Below, piece by piece: positions 47,880-61,789 of a stretch of 64,000 nucleotides of DNA. A program made the position numbers and the translations under genes. The notes beneath the pieces were generated by a model. The model saw only the letters and a program-made list of their open reading frames with translations. It searched no databases and was not told where the DNA came from. This DNA is from Dromaius novaehollandiae (Eukaryota), in the NCBI RefSeq assembly GCF_036370855.1, contig NC_088128.1:420899-484898 (forward strand). Reading direction: 5' to 3'. Every line of letters starts with the position of its first letter. The stretch's first letter is position 1.

Positions 47880-50800
47880 AAGGTTTGCACTTTTCCAGTC
47901 ACTTGTGACTCGGTACCAGCTAGGCCAGCAGCAGGCACGTCGATGCCATTTGTGCTTGTGAGGTCACTTGTGCCTCTGAGCCTGGTAGGCCAACAGCATG
48001 CACATAGCTTTGGTGATGCTGGTGAGGTCCCTTGTGTCTCAGTGCTGCCCGAGAGGCAGGCTGCAGGGACACTGCAGTGTTGTGCATCTGAGCTCACTTC
48101 TGCCTCAGGATGTAATAGGCCGACAGTAGGACCATGGCTTTGGGGCAGACTGTGAGGTCACGTTTTCCTGAGTACCTCAGAGGCCAGCAGCAGGGACACA
48201 GCTGCTCCCTGTGCTTGTGAGGTCACGTTTTCCTGAGTGTGTTACAGGCGAGCAGCTAGCCGACAACTTCAAGGCTGATCGTGAGGTCACTTGTGCCTCG
48301 TTACCGGATAACCAAGCAGACGGCATATTGCTACCGTTTGTGCTTGTGAGGTCATTTGTGACTCAGAGACTTTGAGGGCAGCTTCAGGCATATGGCTTTG
48401 AACTGGACTGTGAGGTAACCATTGCACCAATACGCGATAGGCTAGGTGTAGGTGCTAATTTTTTGGTGTAGTACCTGGTCCCTGAGGGGTGTTTGGCTGC
48501 CCTGTGAGCATGGTGAGGGGATGATGTGAATCTGTGCTGTCGTGATGTGACTCAGGGAGGCCACTGAGTAGCTGGCTCAGCCTTGGGGAGGGCAGGGGGA
48601 GCTGCAGGGGGTGATAGCTGTGTGCCTGGGGTGTGGGTAGTGAGGTCATGGCTGTCTGCAAGAGCTGGGCCAGAAAATCGGGATTTTCAAATCAATTCTT
48701 TGTCAGTAACTGACAGGCCAGCAGGAGGCACATGGCTCAGCTACTGATGTTGAGGTCACTTCTGGTGGAGTAGCTGATAGGCCAGCTGCAGGATCAAGGC
48801 TTGGTTGTCGATTGTGAGGTCTCTTGTGACTGATGAACTGCTTGGATAGCAGCAGAGCTGTGGCTGGAAAGGTGGCTGTGAGGTCACTTCTGCCTGAGCA
48901 GTTGGTAGGGCAGCAGCAGGTCCCTGGCTGGGATCTGTGCTTTTGAGGTCACTCTGCCTGAGCAGCTGGTAGGTCAGCATTTGTCTCACGTCTGGGGAAG
49001 TTATGGTGAGGTAGCTGCTGTCTCAGAGGCCTATAGGCCAGTGACAGGCACGTGGCTGTGAAGGGGACTGTGAGGTCATCTCCTTCTGAGTCCCTGATAG
49101 GCCAGCAGCAGGCCCCTGCCTGGGAAGGTCCTTGTGAGGTCACTGCAGACAGAGCAGCTGGCAGGCCAGCAGCTGGCCCCTGGCTGGGAACTGACTCGGA
49201 GGTCCCTCCTGTCCCAGCAGCCTCTGGGGCTGCAGCAGGTGCCTGGCTGTAAAGGTGCCTGTGAGGTGCCTTCTGGGTGAGAAGGTGATAGGCCAGCAGC
49301 AGGCTGTGAAGTGGGGAATGTGCTGGTGAGGTCAGCTGTGTGTCCATCTGTGATAGGCCAGCGACAGGCACATGGCAGGAAAAAATGTCTGTGAGCTCAG
49401 CTCTGTCTCAGTGCCTGACAGACTGTGTGGAGGCACATTGCTGGGAGAGTCGCTGTGAGGTCACTTGTCTCTGCAAGGCTAGCATTTGGCTAATGGCTTG
49501 GGCATTTGCTTGTGAGGTCACTTCTGCCTGAGTCCCTGATAGGCCAGCAGCAGGCAGATGGGTGTGGAAGTTGATAGTGAGGTCTCCTTGGCAGAGGACC
49601 TGGTAGAGCAGCCGCATGTTGGTGGCTGGGGAAGTTATTTTGAGGAAACTTGAGTCTCTAAAGCCACACGCCATCAGCAGGCACCTGGTGGGGGCATGCA
49701 CTTGTGAGGTCACTTCTACCTGAGCAACTGCCAGGCCAGCAGCTGTTGGTGGTGAGGTTCAGGGTCTGGTGATTGTGCTGGGAGGAGGGATTGACACCTG
49801 CAGATCTCTACAGCAATACAGAAATGCAAGTATGTGCAAAGCTGATAGGCAGCACTTGACTCCTGTTCAGGGTAAGTGGTTGTGAGGTCCTGTCTGCCTG
49901 AGTACCTGATAGGCCACCAGCAGGCACAGGGCTAGGATGTAGGTTTTGTGGTCACTCCTGTCTCTGCAGGTGATTGGCCAGCAGCAGACACATGACTTGG
50001 ATGTTGATTGCGAGGTCCCTTCTGCCCAAGTACCTGACTGGATAGCAACAGGCACATTGCTGGGTCATGTCCATCAGGAAGCTGAAAGGCCATCGGCTGG
50101 TGTGTGGCCTTGGATGTTGTTTGTGAGGTTCTTTGTAGCTGATCAGCTGATGGGCCACTGAGAGGCTGATGGGTGGCAAAGTTATGATGAGGTGAATTGT
50201 GTCTTGGAAGTTCCTAAGCTACTGGGAGGACCCTGGCTGTGAAGATGACAGTGATGTCACTTCTGTCTCCGAAGATGATGGTCCAGCAGCAGGCACTGGG
50301 GTGTGGAAGTGCCTGTGAGGTCACCTCTGTCTGTGCAGCTTAGAGGCCAGCAGCAAGTGTACAGCTTGGATGTTCATTGTGCAGTCCCGTATAATGGAGC
50401 AGCTGATAGGCCAGTACCAAGTACATGGCAGTGAAGGTGACTGGTGACTGTGAGGTCACTGCAGTGTCAGCTCTTGATAGGCCATCAGGAGGCACAAGGC
50501 TTGGATGTTGATAGTGCAGTCACCTCTGCCATAGTACCTGACTGGATAGCAGCAGGCAAATAGCTGGGTCATGTCCATCAGAGAAGCAGAAGGGCCTGCA
50601 GCAGGCACCTGGGCTTGACAGATGATTGTGAGGTGACTTCTTTCTGAGCAGCTGACAGGTCAGCCTTTGGCTCATGCTGAAGGTAGTTGTTTGCGAGGTC
50701 ACTTGTGCTGGAGAGTGTGATAGGCAAGCAGCAGGCTCACAGCAGGAGGATGTGCTTCTGAGGTCACTTGTGCCTGAGGACCTGATTAGACAGCAGGCAC

Positions 50801-51610
50801 AGAGCCTGCTGACAGAGCCTGCAGGCACAGAGCCCTCGCCCTGCTGGCAACACTCTTCCCAGTGCAGCCCAGGAAACCATTGGCTTTTTTTTGACGTGAG
50901 GACACGTTGCTGCCTCATGCTGCTTCATGTTGTCTACCAGCACCCCCAGGTCCTTCTCTGCAAAGCTGCTTTCCAGATGGTCAGCACCCAGTGTGTCCTG
51001 GGTTACTCTTTCTCATGTGCATTTCCCTTTGTGGAGCTTCATGAGGTTCCTCTGTGCCCATTTCTCCAGCCTGCCCAGGTCCCTCAGAATGACAGTGCAA
51101 ACAGCTGTTGTATCATGGCTGTATTTTAGGAGAAGATTGTGTCTCAGAAGTTTGTAAGCCCTTAGGAGGCACATGACCATGCAGGGGACTCTGAGATGAC
51201 TTCTGTGTCTGCAGGTGATGGGCCAGGAGCAAGTACATGGGTGGGAAACTGTCTGTGAGGTCACTTCTGCCTGAGTGCCTGATAGGCCAGCAGCAGGCAC
51301 ATGGGTTGGATTGTGATTGTGAGGTCACTTCTGCCTGAGTACCTGACTGGATAGCAGCTGGCACATAGCTGGGTCACGTCCCTCCGAGAAGCTGAGCTGC
51401 CAGCAGCAGGCATATAGGGTTGGAAGATGATGATGAGAGTACTGGTTTCTGATGGGTTGATGGGCTCCAAAGCTCAGAGGCCAATATGAGGCACATGGCC
51501 ATGAAGGTGATGGTGAGGTCACTTCTGTCTCTGCAAGTGATGGGCAAGGAGCAGCACATGGGTGGGAAAGAGTCTGTGAGGTGACTTGTGTCTCAGTACC
51601 TGGGGTGTGA
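47880..51610. repeat. 62-bp satellite array B (~55-60 units). It is split by the conserved junction segment 48440-48700 and interrupted by a CR1 fragment at 50880-51120
   Basis: Same unit as array A. The array is ~3.7 kb here vs 1.2 kb in the paralogous mega-unit. Confidence 0.85.
50880..51120 (-). mobile_element. CR1 ORF2 fragment (minus orientation) embedded in 62-bp satellite B. It reads …ILRDLGRLEKWAQRNLMKLHKGKC…NPGHTG…LESSFAEKDLGVLVDN…
   Basis: Matches the CR1 RT block [31 protein letters not shown]…EKDLGVLVDNKL. Confidence 0.65.
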
Positions 51611-54600
51611 TTTTTCTACCTGTGTGGTTTGCACCTCGAAGTGGATGGAGGCATCTTCTCTAGTCTTTCTTTCCTGAAGCTCAGACATGGACGTTTTGCC
51701 ATCAGGGGAGCTGAATCCCACCCATGACTGTTAAGCCCATGCCCTGTGTTCATCCAGAGGAGAGCAGGGAGGATTTTCTCCTGTTGGCTTGCTCCCATGC
51801 CACAGGGGCTCTTCAGCTGGGATTTGTCTCCCCTTGTTTTGGACAACCACCACTGGGAGGTCCGTCCACTCTTGCTCGTACAGGCTTCTCTTACAGCTGA
51901 CAGAGGGTCTCAGCCCTTATCCGGGGTAATTCATCCTTGCAGCACTATGAACTCACCTGGCTCCTTCATCCTCTCGGCATCTGGGAGCCTGATCAGCGCA
52001 GGCACAGCCTGGCTGTTAGCTCACTCCTGCACTCTTCTTTAGAGGTGAACCCCCTCTGAGGTGAAATGACATTCCAAGTGTGGATCTGAAGCTACTTTGG
52101 ACAAAGGTCCCCTCTTGACAGTGAGGTGTGGAGAAAACCAAGTGAGGGTCAGTTCCTTCTAGAGTCATCCAGGACTGTCCCAGCAGGCCGTGCACAGTTA
52201 AACTCACCCACCCATCATCAAACTGTACCTTAGAGCACTCAGTGTGACTCCTTCTTGGTATCACACTGTAAAACCCCTGTGGCTGGTAATAATACATCAT
52301 GCAAAACTTTGGGAAGACCGAGCTGCCACTGAGCTGAACCTTCCAGATCCTGCCTGTGCTGTCCCTGGGTCACAGCGGCAGCACCCTGGGCTCGGAGGAG
52401 ATCTAGGCGAGGAGCTGTGCGCTGCTTGGTGGCAGGTCCGCTGCAGAGGGACGAGTCCTGAGCAGGGTGGCCATGAGCCGTGCCTGCCTGCCTGCCGGCC
52501 GCGGGCTGGTGGGGTGGCTGCAGCAGAGGTGCCCTCACAATCAGCACCCAGATGGGTCCCTGTCACCTGCATCACCCCCTCCCCTCCCCAGGGCTGTCAC
52601 TGCTGCTGGGTGGGCTTTCTGAGGTGCTGGGTGACATCACAAAGCCTGCTGGCCAGCACATCTGCTGAGGGCCAATCAGGGAGCTGCAGTGGAAGTGAGG
52701 GCCAATCAGGCAGCTGCAGTGGAAGTGACCTCACAATCAACACTGCAGCCATGTCCCTTTTGCCTGCCTCTCCCCATCCTCTGCAGACGCAGAAGAAAGG
52801 ACAGAGGGGCAGAGGAAGAGATAGGAAATACGTCTATTTGAATACAGTAGTTCCTCAGAACAAAGTTTCTCCATGCAGAGTGCTGGTAGGAAATGAATCA
52901 GAAATGAATAACTGTAAGTATATATATGTATATAATAAATATCTACAATAAAAAAAGAAATTAAAAATCCATTCCAATTGATAAAAGTTGTGGAGATAAG
53001 GATTTTTTTCAGTTCTTGCATAGAGTTATCTTTTGAGTAGTTTTCATCCTATGACTAAAAGTCGGTGTTGAGGCCTTTGTTCATCTGCCCACACATAGAG
53101 GCTATTGCTACCTGAGATGCCTTGGGGTGGCTGTGTGCCCATGTGGAGGTGGGAAATGTGACCCAGGACCTACGAGAACCTTTCTGGAGCGTTAGGTCAC
53201 CAGAAATCTCTCAAGACCTCTCTGGGGCACATCTTATTTCTCTCCCTTGACTAGAAAGGCAAGTCCAGACACTTGCGTTAGACATAGATGTGCACTCAAG
53301 TGGTCTGTCATTGGGGGAGATCAGCCTCCTCCCTGTTGTCACCTCAAATTCAGTAGCACTTCATTTACCATGCAGGGAAGGAGACGGGAGTGTGGCTAGA
53401 TGGTTAGGGACTCCTTTCAGACATCACTCTAACACAGCTATGTTGAGGTTTGTGCAGATTTGGCCATCCAAAGATGCAGCATTTCGCTGAAGCTGGTCAC
53501 CCTGCTTGCCTCTATCAGTCGAGAGAGCGCGACACCTCAGAGTGTGACTCACTCTGTGCAGTGAGGAGTGGCATGGGCAGCCCTGGGCTGGGGGTGGTGT
53601 TGGTGCAGTGGACTCTGTGCGAGGCACAAAAATATCTGTTTTAATGGTGCAGGCCTGATTATAGCAGAAAGGTCTAGAAACAGTCAATACAAAACAAAAT
53701 GAGGAAGAAATTATGAGAATGATCCAAAGCAAAGGAATGTTTGGTTGCAGTTTCCAGGTTTCAGCCTTCTTTGTGTTCTTATGGTCCTTCTTTGCTTTGT
53801 TTTCTTTTCTTTAATATAGTGGTCTTTTATGGGAATTTTGTGGTTTTTCTCTGTTTTGCTTTTTTGTTTTCAGAAAGAAAGCGATTTTCAAAACTGGGGT
53901 GGGATGCAGTCACAGGGTCATGGACATGTGGTGCCATTGCAGGTGCCCTGGTCTCCTCTGCCCAGCCTCCCTCTGCAGCTCTGAGGGGCTCCGGTCTCCC
54001 GCAGGTCCTATGGGAGAGCTGCCAGGTCCAGACAGGGGCCTCAGAGACACCGGGGCTTCTCCAAGTGCCACTGGGTGCTTGTGGTTGGACACCTGAGCTC
54101 GGCCTGGAAAGGTGAAGAACTGTTTTCAACATTTCAAAAATATGAGCACACTTGCATCAGCTAAAATGACTGACTAATCTTAATGTCAATGTTTTCCCAT
54201 GGAAAACAGTGGAAATTTTGAGGAAGGGTATTAATCTCTGAATATCAATCTGTCCCTCTCAACTTGCGTTACCACTGCTCTGGCTATCATGCTGCAGATG
54301 GCATCTCAGTAATCTTTCACATATTCCCCCATGTCCTGATTAAAGGGATCATTTCTAAAGTCCCCTTTGCATTAGACTGTCTGGACATGTGCACTTTCCA
54401 TAGTTCTCCAGGTTTCCTCCTCCCCTTTCTCTTTAACTGTTCAGATATCTCTCAGCTCTCCAGTTGCTGCTCTGAGCTGCAGGGATTCTGAAGCTTGTCT
54501 CATCTTTCAGGAGTCTCATTGTCTCTTTACCCAGCTCTTTAGCTGTATTTCTTTCTACCTGTATGTCTCCTACCTAAAACATTTCCAGGAAGGTTATTGC

Positions 54601-57600
54601 TTGTGGAAAGTGGAGCTGACTGCAGGCAGCTTGGACTTAACATATAGTGTAGGAGTGTATTTTATTTTTTATTAAACCTGGTCATATTTTATTATTCTTT
54701 GCTTGCAATTAAGGAAAATCCTCCTGTGTCTGCATGGAACTAGTTCTCTAAGGCAAGCAGGTGGGAATTGGTGCATAGGAGCTGTAAGATTCAGCTAGAG
54801 CCTTGAGTGGAAAAAGGTTAGATGTTAAAAAGAGTGATGCAAGTCCCCAGTGGCTGAAGAGGGAAATTGCAGGGTTGAGGAGGTGGGAGGAAGGTTGTCC
54901 ATGCAGGTCTCTTATCAAAACTGCTGCTTTTCCTCCATGTCCAGACCTCATTAGGAGACACTCTGGATCAATATCAGTTGGAGAGCGTGGACATCACTTA
55001 TTCTGCAACATGAAGAATAAAGAAAGCTTAAAAAGCAGACATCTTTGTTTTACAGGTGCTCACTGAAACCTTGCTCTTGTAAATACACTCCGTTAAGGAA
55101 AGGGCATCTTCTCAGAGGCCTTGCTGGCAGAGACGCCAGCCATAGACAAGAGGACAACGACCTCAGTTCTGTTGGGAGCTTTGAGCCCTGGCAGTGCCCT
55201 GGGCTGTCTCCACCACAGCCTGTCCTACACTATCCCACGCCTGCGCCTGTTTCCCTGCAGACGGTAGATACCCAACCTGCTTCCCCACCTTCCTTTCACC
55301 CCAGGATGTCTCCACCTCTACTGATGTCTCTCTGTCCTCACTTGCTTTTCCTTGAAACACAAAGCCAGCGGCTGATCACAGGCTCCCCCTGGGTGACCCC
55401 TGGCACTACAGCACTGCCCTACGAGTGACATTTCCTAATGTCACAGCCGAACCCCACAAGCTGCAGGTTGTTGCTGTTTCCCCTTCTCATGCTGTTTCCC
55501 ACTACCAAGAAAAGCTCCATCATCTCTGAAACAATTCTTCAAACAGTGACAAGCAGTGACTCTACTGCCCTCAGCCTCCCCTCCACCAGGCTAAAGCAGC
55601 CCTGGTCCCTCAGCCTCTCCATAAAGGCCTTGTCCTTTAGACCCCTAACCTCATCTTGGCAGACCTCCTCTGGACCCTCTCCAGTTCCTCCCCATTCCTC
55701 CAGTACAGGGCAACCCACACTGGGACACCCTATTCTAGATGTGGCCACACCAGTGCTGAGATGAGGGGGATAATAATTCACCTTGTCTGGGTGGCCGCTC
55801 ATTCCCTAATGCAGCCCCCTATGCAGCTGGCCTGATTTATGGTGAGCACGCAGCACTGGCTCATGTGACATCCCTTGCACCGTCCAGGTCCCTCTCCTCA
55901 GGGTCACTCCTCTACTGGTCAAGTCCCAGCCTGTCCTGATGCACAGGCTGTTCTGCCCCGCCCTGATACAGCAACCTGCCATTGCTCCTTGCACAATGCC
56001 ATGAAGTTTCTGTTGGCCAAATCCCCAAGTCTTTCAAGACTCCTTGGCTTTGTACCACTGTTCTCCACCCTTTGAGCCAGGCGGCCTCCAGCTCATTTCC
56101 CACACCCTCCATTGCTTACTCCTCCAACCCACCTCTCCCCAGTTTGGCTACAAAGATGTTATGGAAGACCATGTCAAAGGCCTTCCTAAATTCAAAGTAT
56201 ACAGCAGGCACTGCACCCCCCTTGTCCACACAGCCAGTCATCCCACCACAGAAGGCAACCAGATTGGTCAGGCACAATTTGCCCTCAATGACTTTGTGCT
56301 CGCTGTTCCCAACGCCTTCATGTGGCTGGAACCAGCTCCAGGAAGATTTGCTTCCCAGGGACTGAGGTGACACTGACCAGCCCATCACTCCCCAGATCCT
56401 CTTTCCTGTCCTTCTTGAAGATGGATGTGATGTTTGGCAGGCAGGAGGGGAGGGCCAGGGGCCGGGCAGCGGCTGTGGGGCTGTGCCAGCTCCTGCTGCA
56501 TCACTGGTCCCTGCAGTGTGGAGAAGAGGGACAGAGGACGAGGCAGCACGGGGGGGGTGGCAGGTCGGCAGGGGCAGGTCGGCAGGGGCAGGGCCAGTGG
56601 GGGCTGCAGCGAGGAGTCATTGCCGGTGTTTCAGCAGCAGTGGCTGTCGCATTCGCTTCACAGGCCAAACTCCCGCACTGAGCCCAGGCAGAAACAGGCC
56701 ATCTCCCTGGTGCCCGTGCCACCCTCCCAGCAGGACGGGGACATACAAGGACCATGCTCTGCCTGTCGTGGTGCTCAGGGCAGCTCCCCAAGGAGCACAG
56801 CTTTGCCTCAGGGACCTCATAGTCCTTGGCCTTGGCTCCAGCACAGCTGGAGCAAGAACAAGAGCTGGTGGGCCAGGCCAACATCCCCCTGGCACGGTCC
56901 CTGCGACAGCCTTCAGTGCCCCGTCCCCCCACAGCCCTCCTGCTTTGGCAGCCTCCACAGTTTCTGCACCTTGCCCAGCCCTGGCCATGTCCCACGCAGG
57001 GGTCAGCACACAGCCATCCCCAGGGCCTGCTGGGGTCTGGGCCAGCAGAGAGGCTGCCTAGGCCTGGCTCTTCCCCTCGATACAGGCACTGAGCCCAGCA
57101 GGAACAAGCTGGCCGCACAGCAAAACTCACCCATAAACCTGGGGTGTGCAGCCAGGCCTGCAAATGGCCTCCACTCTCCTGTGCCTGGCATGTCTTGCTT
57201 CCCCTCCACGAGACCTGGCTCTGCCCCACAATCCCACCGGTGTGTGTCCTCACCCCAGGGAGGGCATCAGTGCTGGCCTGCCTGGCCACTCCTGGAGCCT
57301 TCCCTGTGCTCCCCGCAGGGCCCCGAGCTGGCGGTGCTGCTCTGCAGAGCGAGCGGGTTGTGGTGCCCCAGGGCCACGGGGTGACTCTGCACTGGCCGTG
57401 GTGGTTGGGGTGAGAAGCAGACCCAGCTGGACGGGCATCGTTGCACCTGACCACCCCCTACCAAGGGGTCTGTGGTGTGGATGATGCTCTGAGCAATCAC
57501 AGGGCATTTCACATGGCTCAGAACCTGTGTTCAGGTGTGTCCCGAGATCCAGCCCAGGGTTTTCCATTGAAGGTGACACGAACCCCTCTCCAGGCTGCCT

Positions 57601-58115
57601 TCCCTCTGCCTGCAGGGTCCCCACTGTGGGCATCTGTCACCAGCCCTGTCATACTGGAGAGAGTCCCAGGCAGATACCACTGGACCATTCATCACTTCCA
57701 GGAGCACTGTGCACCCACAAGTGAGAGCTGAATCCAGCCTTCATTTCCTAACACAGCACCCCATGAGATCATCGACTTGAGTCCATGGAGACCCTCCAGA
57801 AAGCAACAGTCCTTTTCAGGGTGGAAGTCCTTGAGTGAATTCTTGGCTCCAGCACTGGAGGAAGAAACCACCTTTCAAGCACAGCAGTGAGGAAATCCCC
57901 TTTTATTAGAAATAACCTTTTATAAGAGACAGGCCAGCTCTGACACAGTGACAGACACATTCACAGAAGGCATCTGGGTCAGAAAGGCTGGGTTTGTGCC
58001 TCTGGAGAAGGCGGATGAATTTAAATACTTCTGTACAAGCCTGATTATCACAGATACAATGCCCAAAGCACAAGAGTTGTCTGAGATAAATCACTTACAA
58101 AGAGGGATGGGCAAC

Positions 58116-59051
58116 TTATAGCTGCTGAACTAGTACCAGCTGAACCAGTTTCTTCAGTGCCTCCTTGAGCTCCTTGTTCCTCATGCTGTAGATGAGGGGG
58201 TTCACTGCTGGAGGCACCACCGAGTACAGAACAGCCACCACCAGATCCAGAGATGGGGAAGAGAGGGAGGGGGGCTTCAGGCAGGCAAACAGGCCAGTGC
58301 TGACAAACAGGGAGACCACGGCCAGGTGCGGGAGGCACATGGAAAAGGCTTTGTGCCAGCCCTGCTCAGAGGGGATCCTCAGCATGACTGTGAAGATCTG
58401 CACGTAGGACAGCACAATGAAAATGAAACATCCAAACACTAAACAGCCATTAAACACAAGAATCCCCACTTCCCTGAGGAAGGCATCAGAGCAGGAGAGC
58501 TTGAGGATCTGGGGGATTTCACAGAAGAACTGCTCCACTGTGTTGCCTTGGCAGAGTGGTATGGAAAATGTGTTAGCAGTGTGTAGTACAGCATTGAGAA
58601 AACCACTGGCCCAGGCAGCTGCTGCCATTTTGACACAAGCTCTGCTGCCCATGAGGGTCCCGTAGTGCAGGGGTCTGCAGATGGCCACAAAGCGGTCATA
58701 GGCCATGACAGTGAGGAGAGAATACTCAGCTGAAATGAAAAGAACAAAACCTAAGACCTGGGCAGCACATCCTGTGTAGGAAATGGCCCTGGTGTCCCAC
58801 AGGGAATTGGCCATGGATTTGGAGACAGTGGTAGAGATGGTGCCGAGGTCAAGGAGAGAGAGGTTGAGGAGGAAGAAGTACATGGGGGTGTGGAGGTGGT
58901 GGTCGCAGGCTACAGCTGTGATGATGAGGCTGTTGCCCAGGAGGGCAGCCAGGTAGATGCCCAGGAAGAGAGAGAAGTGCAAGAGCTGCAGCTCCCGTGT
59001 GTCTGCAAATGCCAGGAGGAGGAACTCATTGAGGGAGCTGCTGTTGGACAT
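58116..59051 (-). CDS. Intact olfactory receptor, family 14 / avian gamma-c-like. It is 311 aa, a single coding exon with seven TMs, and has the PMYFFLLNLSLLD, MAYDRFVAICRPLHYG, KAFSMCLPHLAVV and PAVNPLIYSMRNKELK motifs
   Basis: Uninterrupted 936-bp ORF (ATG 59049-59051, TAA 58116-58118). All OR landmarks are present. A conserved acceptor and 5' flank lie upstream, and a conserved AATAAA (~57908, minus strand) lies downstream. Confidence 0.9.
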   Translation of the reverse strand: MSNSSSLNEFLLLAFADTRELQLLHFSLFLGIYLAALLGNSLIITAVACDHHLHTPMYFFLLNLSLLDLGTISTTVSKSMANSLWDTRAISYTGCAAQVLGFVLFISAEYSLLTVMAYDRFVAICRPLHYGTLMGSRACVKMAAAAWASGFLNAVLHTANTFSIPLCQGNTVEQFFCEIPQILKLSCSDAFLREVGILVFNGCLVFGCFIFIVLSYVQIFTVMLRIPSEQGWHKAFSMCLPHLAVVSLFVSTGLFACLKPPSLSSPSLDLVVAVLYSVVPPAVNPLIYSMRNKELKEALKKLVQLVLVQQL

Positions 59052-61574
59052 TTGCTCTGCTTTGCTTCAGGGCACTGTCCAAGGAGGAAAAGGCATTGAC
59101 AAGTTAGAACAGACTTCTCTTAGCAAAACCCAGTCCACTCCTGACAGCATCCCCCACATCACCTCTCTCCTTTACCTTGTTCAGCTCCCTTTCCTGACCT
59201 CCGTTTTGTGCTTAGGGTGCTGTGCAGCGCAGGGTCCTCTGCCCATGGGCTCCAGAGGAGTCAGCCCTGCTCTGCTGGCACAGGTAAATGGAGGTGTCAG
59301 AGTGCCCCCTGTATTCGGTGGGGACAGCTGGGGATGGGTGTCCTGAGCTGAGTAAAGGGGATTTGGTCTGGTGACCCAGGAGGAATATTCTCTTTCTATC
59401 ACTGTGAGAGACAAATACAGCACTCATAGCAGCTGTATCTGGAAGAGAAGGTCCCTGTGGGGGATTCATCTCCCCCAACCTTGCCCTCTTGAACAGGGCT
59501 GTCTGTATTGGATCAGTCGCACCAGCTCCCACTCTGCCAAGGGAGAGGAACAGTGCAGTGAAGGCAGGGGCTGACCCGACCCTTCCTAGACATGTCTTTC
59601 CAACTGAGATGGACCCTGCCCTCACATCAGTTTACCATCTTCATTCTGTCTCCAGACACTGGAGTGGGAGTGGGAAGTTACTGCCTTAACTGCAGCTGAA
59701 CCCTGTCCTTAACCCCAGAGAGCAGGAGAGCAAGAGCCAGCCCAGCACAGAGAGGTGAGGAAACAAGGAGCAACACTGTGATGCTCCTAGAACAAGGAAA
59801 GCAAGGAGCGAGACAGACAGGCACTCAGGAAAGCCTTCCCCTCACCCAGCTGTGCACACCACCTCCCAGACAGCAACGTCACAGGACAGTCACCTTCAGC
59901 CCCTCTGTCACACAGTGAGAAACGGGCACGTTGTCAGAGAGATGCCCCTAACCTCTGCTGGAGCTCAGGCTGCTGAGGAGGGGGCTCATGCCCTGGACCC
60001 CCTGGCCTTGAGGGCAGAGGATCTGCTGGGTGGGAGAGGAGACACAGGGGGCTTGCTTAGAGGAAGAGGTCTGCACTGAAGGGGACGACAGGGAGGTCTC
60101 CAACTGCTCCCCCCCCCCCCCCGCCACACATGCACACACACAGCATTTATGGTTCTAATTTCATCTCATTCACTGATCATGTCTTCACTGCTCGGAGCTT
60201 TTCCTCCTGGGAGCTGTTGCTCTCTCCCATGTCTTTTCCCTGCCAGCACTCTGCAAACAGTAGGAAAATAAAAGCACGGACTCAGGAGCACCCTTATCTA
60301 TAAGGTAACCCCTGTCCCTGCCTTGACTGTCCTCTAGAAAAGGCCTGTTGGAAATATCCTGGGGGTGAGCTGGAGCTGAGGGCAGCCCTGACCCATGCAG
60401 CACCCTCTCAGCAGGAGAAGGAACCTGCCCTGACTGGGGTCACTCCTTCCACCCACAGCTTCTCCCTGCAGCACCATAGGGAGTTCCCTGGGCAGGCGGA
60501 GTGCTGACCCTCGCAGGCAGCAGACTCACTGCCCCGGGCACACAGCACCCTGGGGTGCAGGGACACTACCCTGCATTACAACCTGCGCAGACCTGGGTGC
60601 CCTCCCTGGCTTCACACCCCTGCAGTGTCCCATGATGCCCTGTCCCTCTGCCATGTGCCAGCAAATCCCTGCTCTAAAGCACCACCTGCTCCAAACAGGA
60701 GAAGCTGGCAGAGCTGCCCTGACAGACCCTCTCAGCTGTGGAAGGTGCCAGCTGCAGAAGAGCCCTCCAGGAACCACAGCAGTGTTGGCCTGCAGCCAGA
60801 GACTTACTGTGTCAAGGGTGGTGAAGATTTCTCCCTGCAGGGAGCTCTCAGCCATCCTCCCCTTCTCAACTCTCTTTAGCTTCTGGGTTGCTCATCTCAT
60901 CCTGGTGCCTGCAGGCAGCACCCTGAGTCTTGCTGCTCCTTTAAGAGGAGCTGCTCCTGGACAGAGCTGTCTCTCTGCAGCACCTGCCAGGTTGCCATGG
61001 GCTCCCATGGTCCCAGGAGCCAGGCCCAGCTCAGGAGCAGAAGCTCAGCTGAAGATGTGACTTTCTCTGACCTCTGCACACCCTCGAGATGTTCCTGGGG
61101 CTCCAGGGCTGACAGTTCCTGAAAGGCAGCAGAGTCGCCCCTGAGAAATATCCACTGAAGGACACTGAAATAATCACTAATGGTCCCTCTCTAAACCGTG
61201 GGGAGAGACGGAGTCCAGCACTGCAGTTTGTCTCATCACAGGACAGTTTTCTAAGAGAGGTAGAAACGTCCTACTCTAGAAGGCCCTGCTCCCATCTCAT
61301 AAGGAGAGAGGACAGCTGTACAAGGACAAGAAGGGAGTTCGTTTACTTGTGCTTCAGGGATTGATGTAGAGGAGTTAATCAATACATCTAATGCTCATTG
61401 AGAAGCCCCTGGGATGGAGTGGGATTCAGTTCCTTCCCGTGTGCTCCACAACCTCACAGGACATGAGATTCCCCTTGCCCAAGTTGTAGTGTGCACAAAA
61501 TGCCTGTCTGCATGGGAGCTCCTTGTCTAAGACCCCACTGTAATCAGTGGAGATGGAGGGAGGGAGTCAGCTGT

Positions 61575-61575
61575 G

Positions 61576-61608
<33 letters not shown>
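61575..61608. repeat. (CA)~15 microsatellite in the unit 4 5' flank
   Basis: cacacacacacacacacacacacacgcacac is read directly. Confidence 0.95.
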
Positions 61609-61789
61609 CCCTTTGGACATTTGAAGTGTCAGAGGTGGCCCAAGACACGTGCAAGCGTCTGCTGGCTCTGATGGAGCAACTGTGAGACCCACATCCTTCT
61701 AGAGCATCAGCTGGGAACCAGGTGGGGAATCTCCTTGGCCAGCTGAAATGACACTTGATGCCTAGTACTACAAGAGCTCTGCTCACTAT

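Noticed and set aside
52680-52740. 28-bp tandem duplication (gggccaatcagg[g/c]agctgcagtggaagtga ×2) inside ORF 52244..52951
   Set aside because: It is a simple two-copy local duplication in non-coding GC-rich sequence. It is too small and too isolated to interpret.
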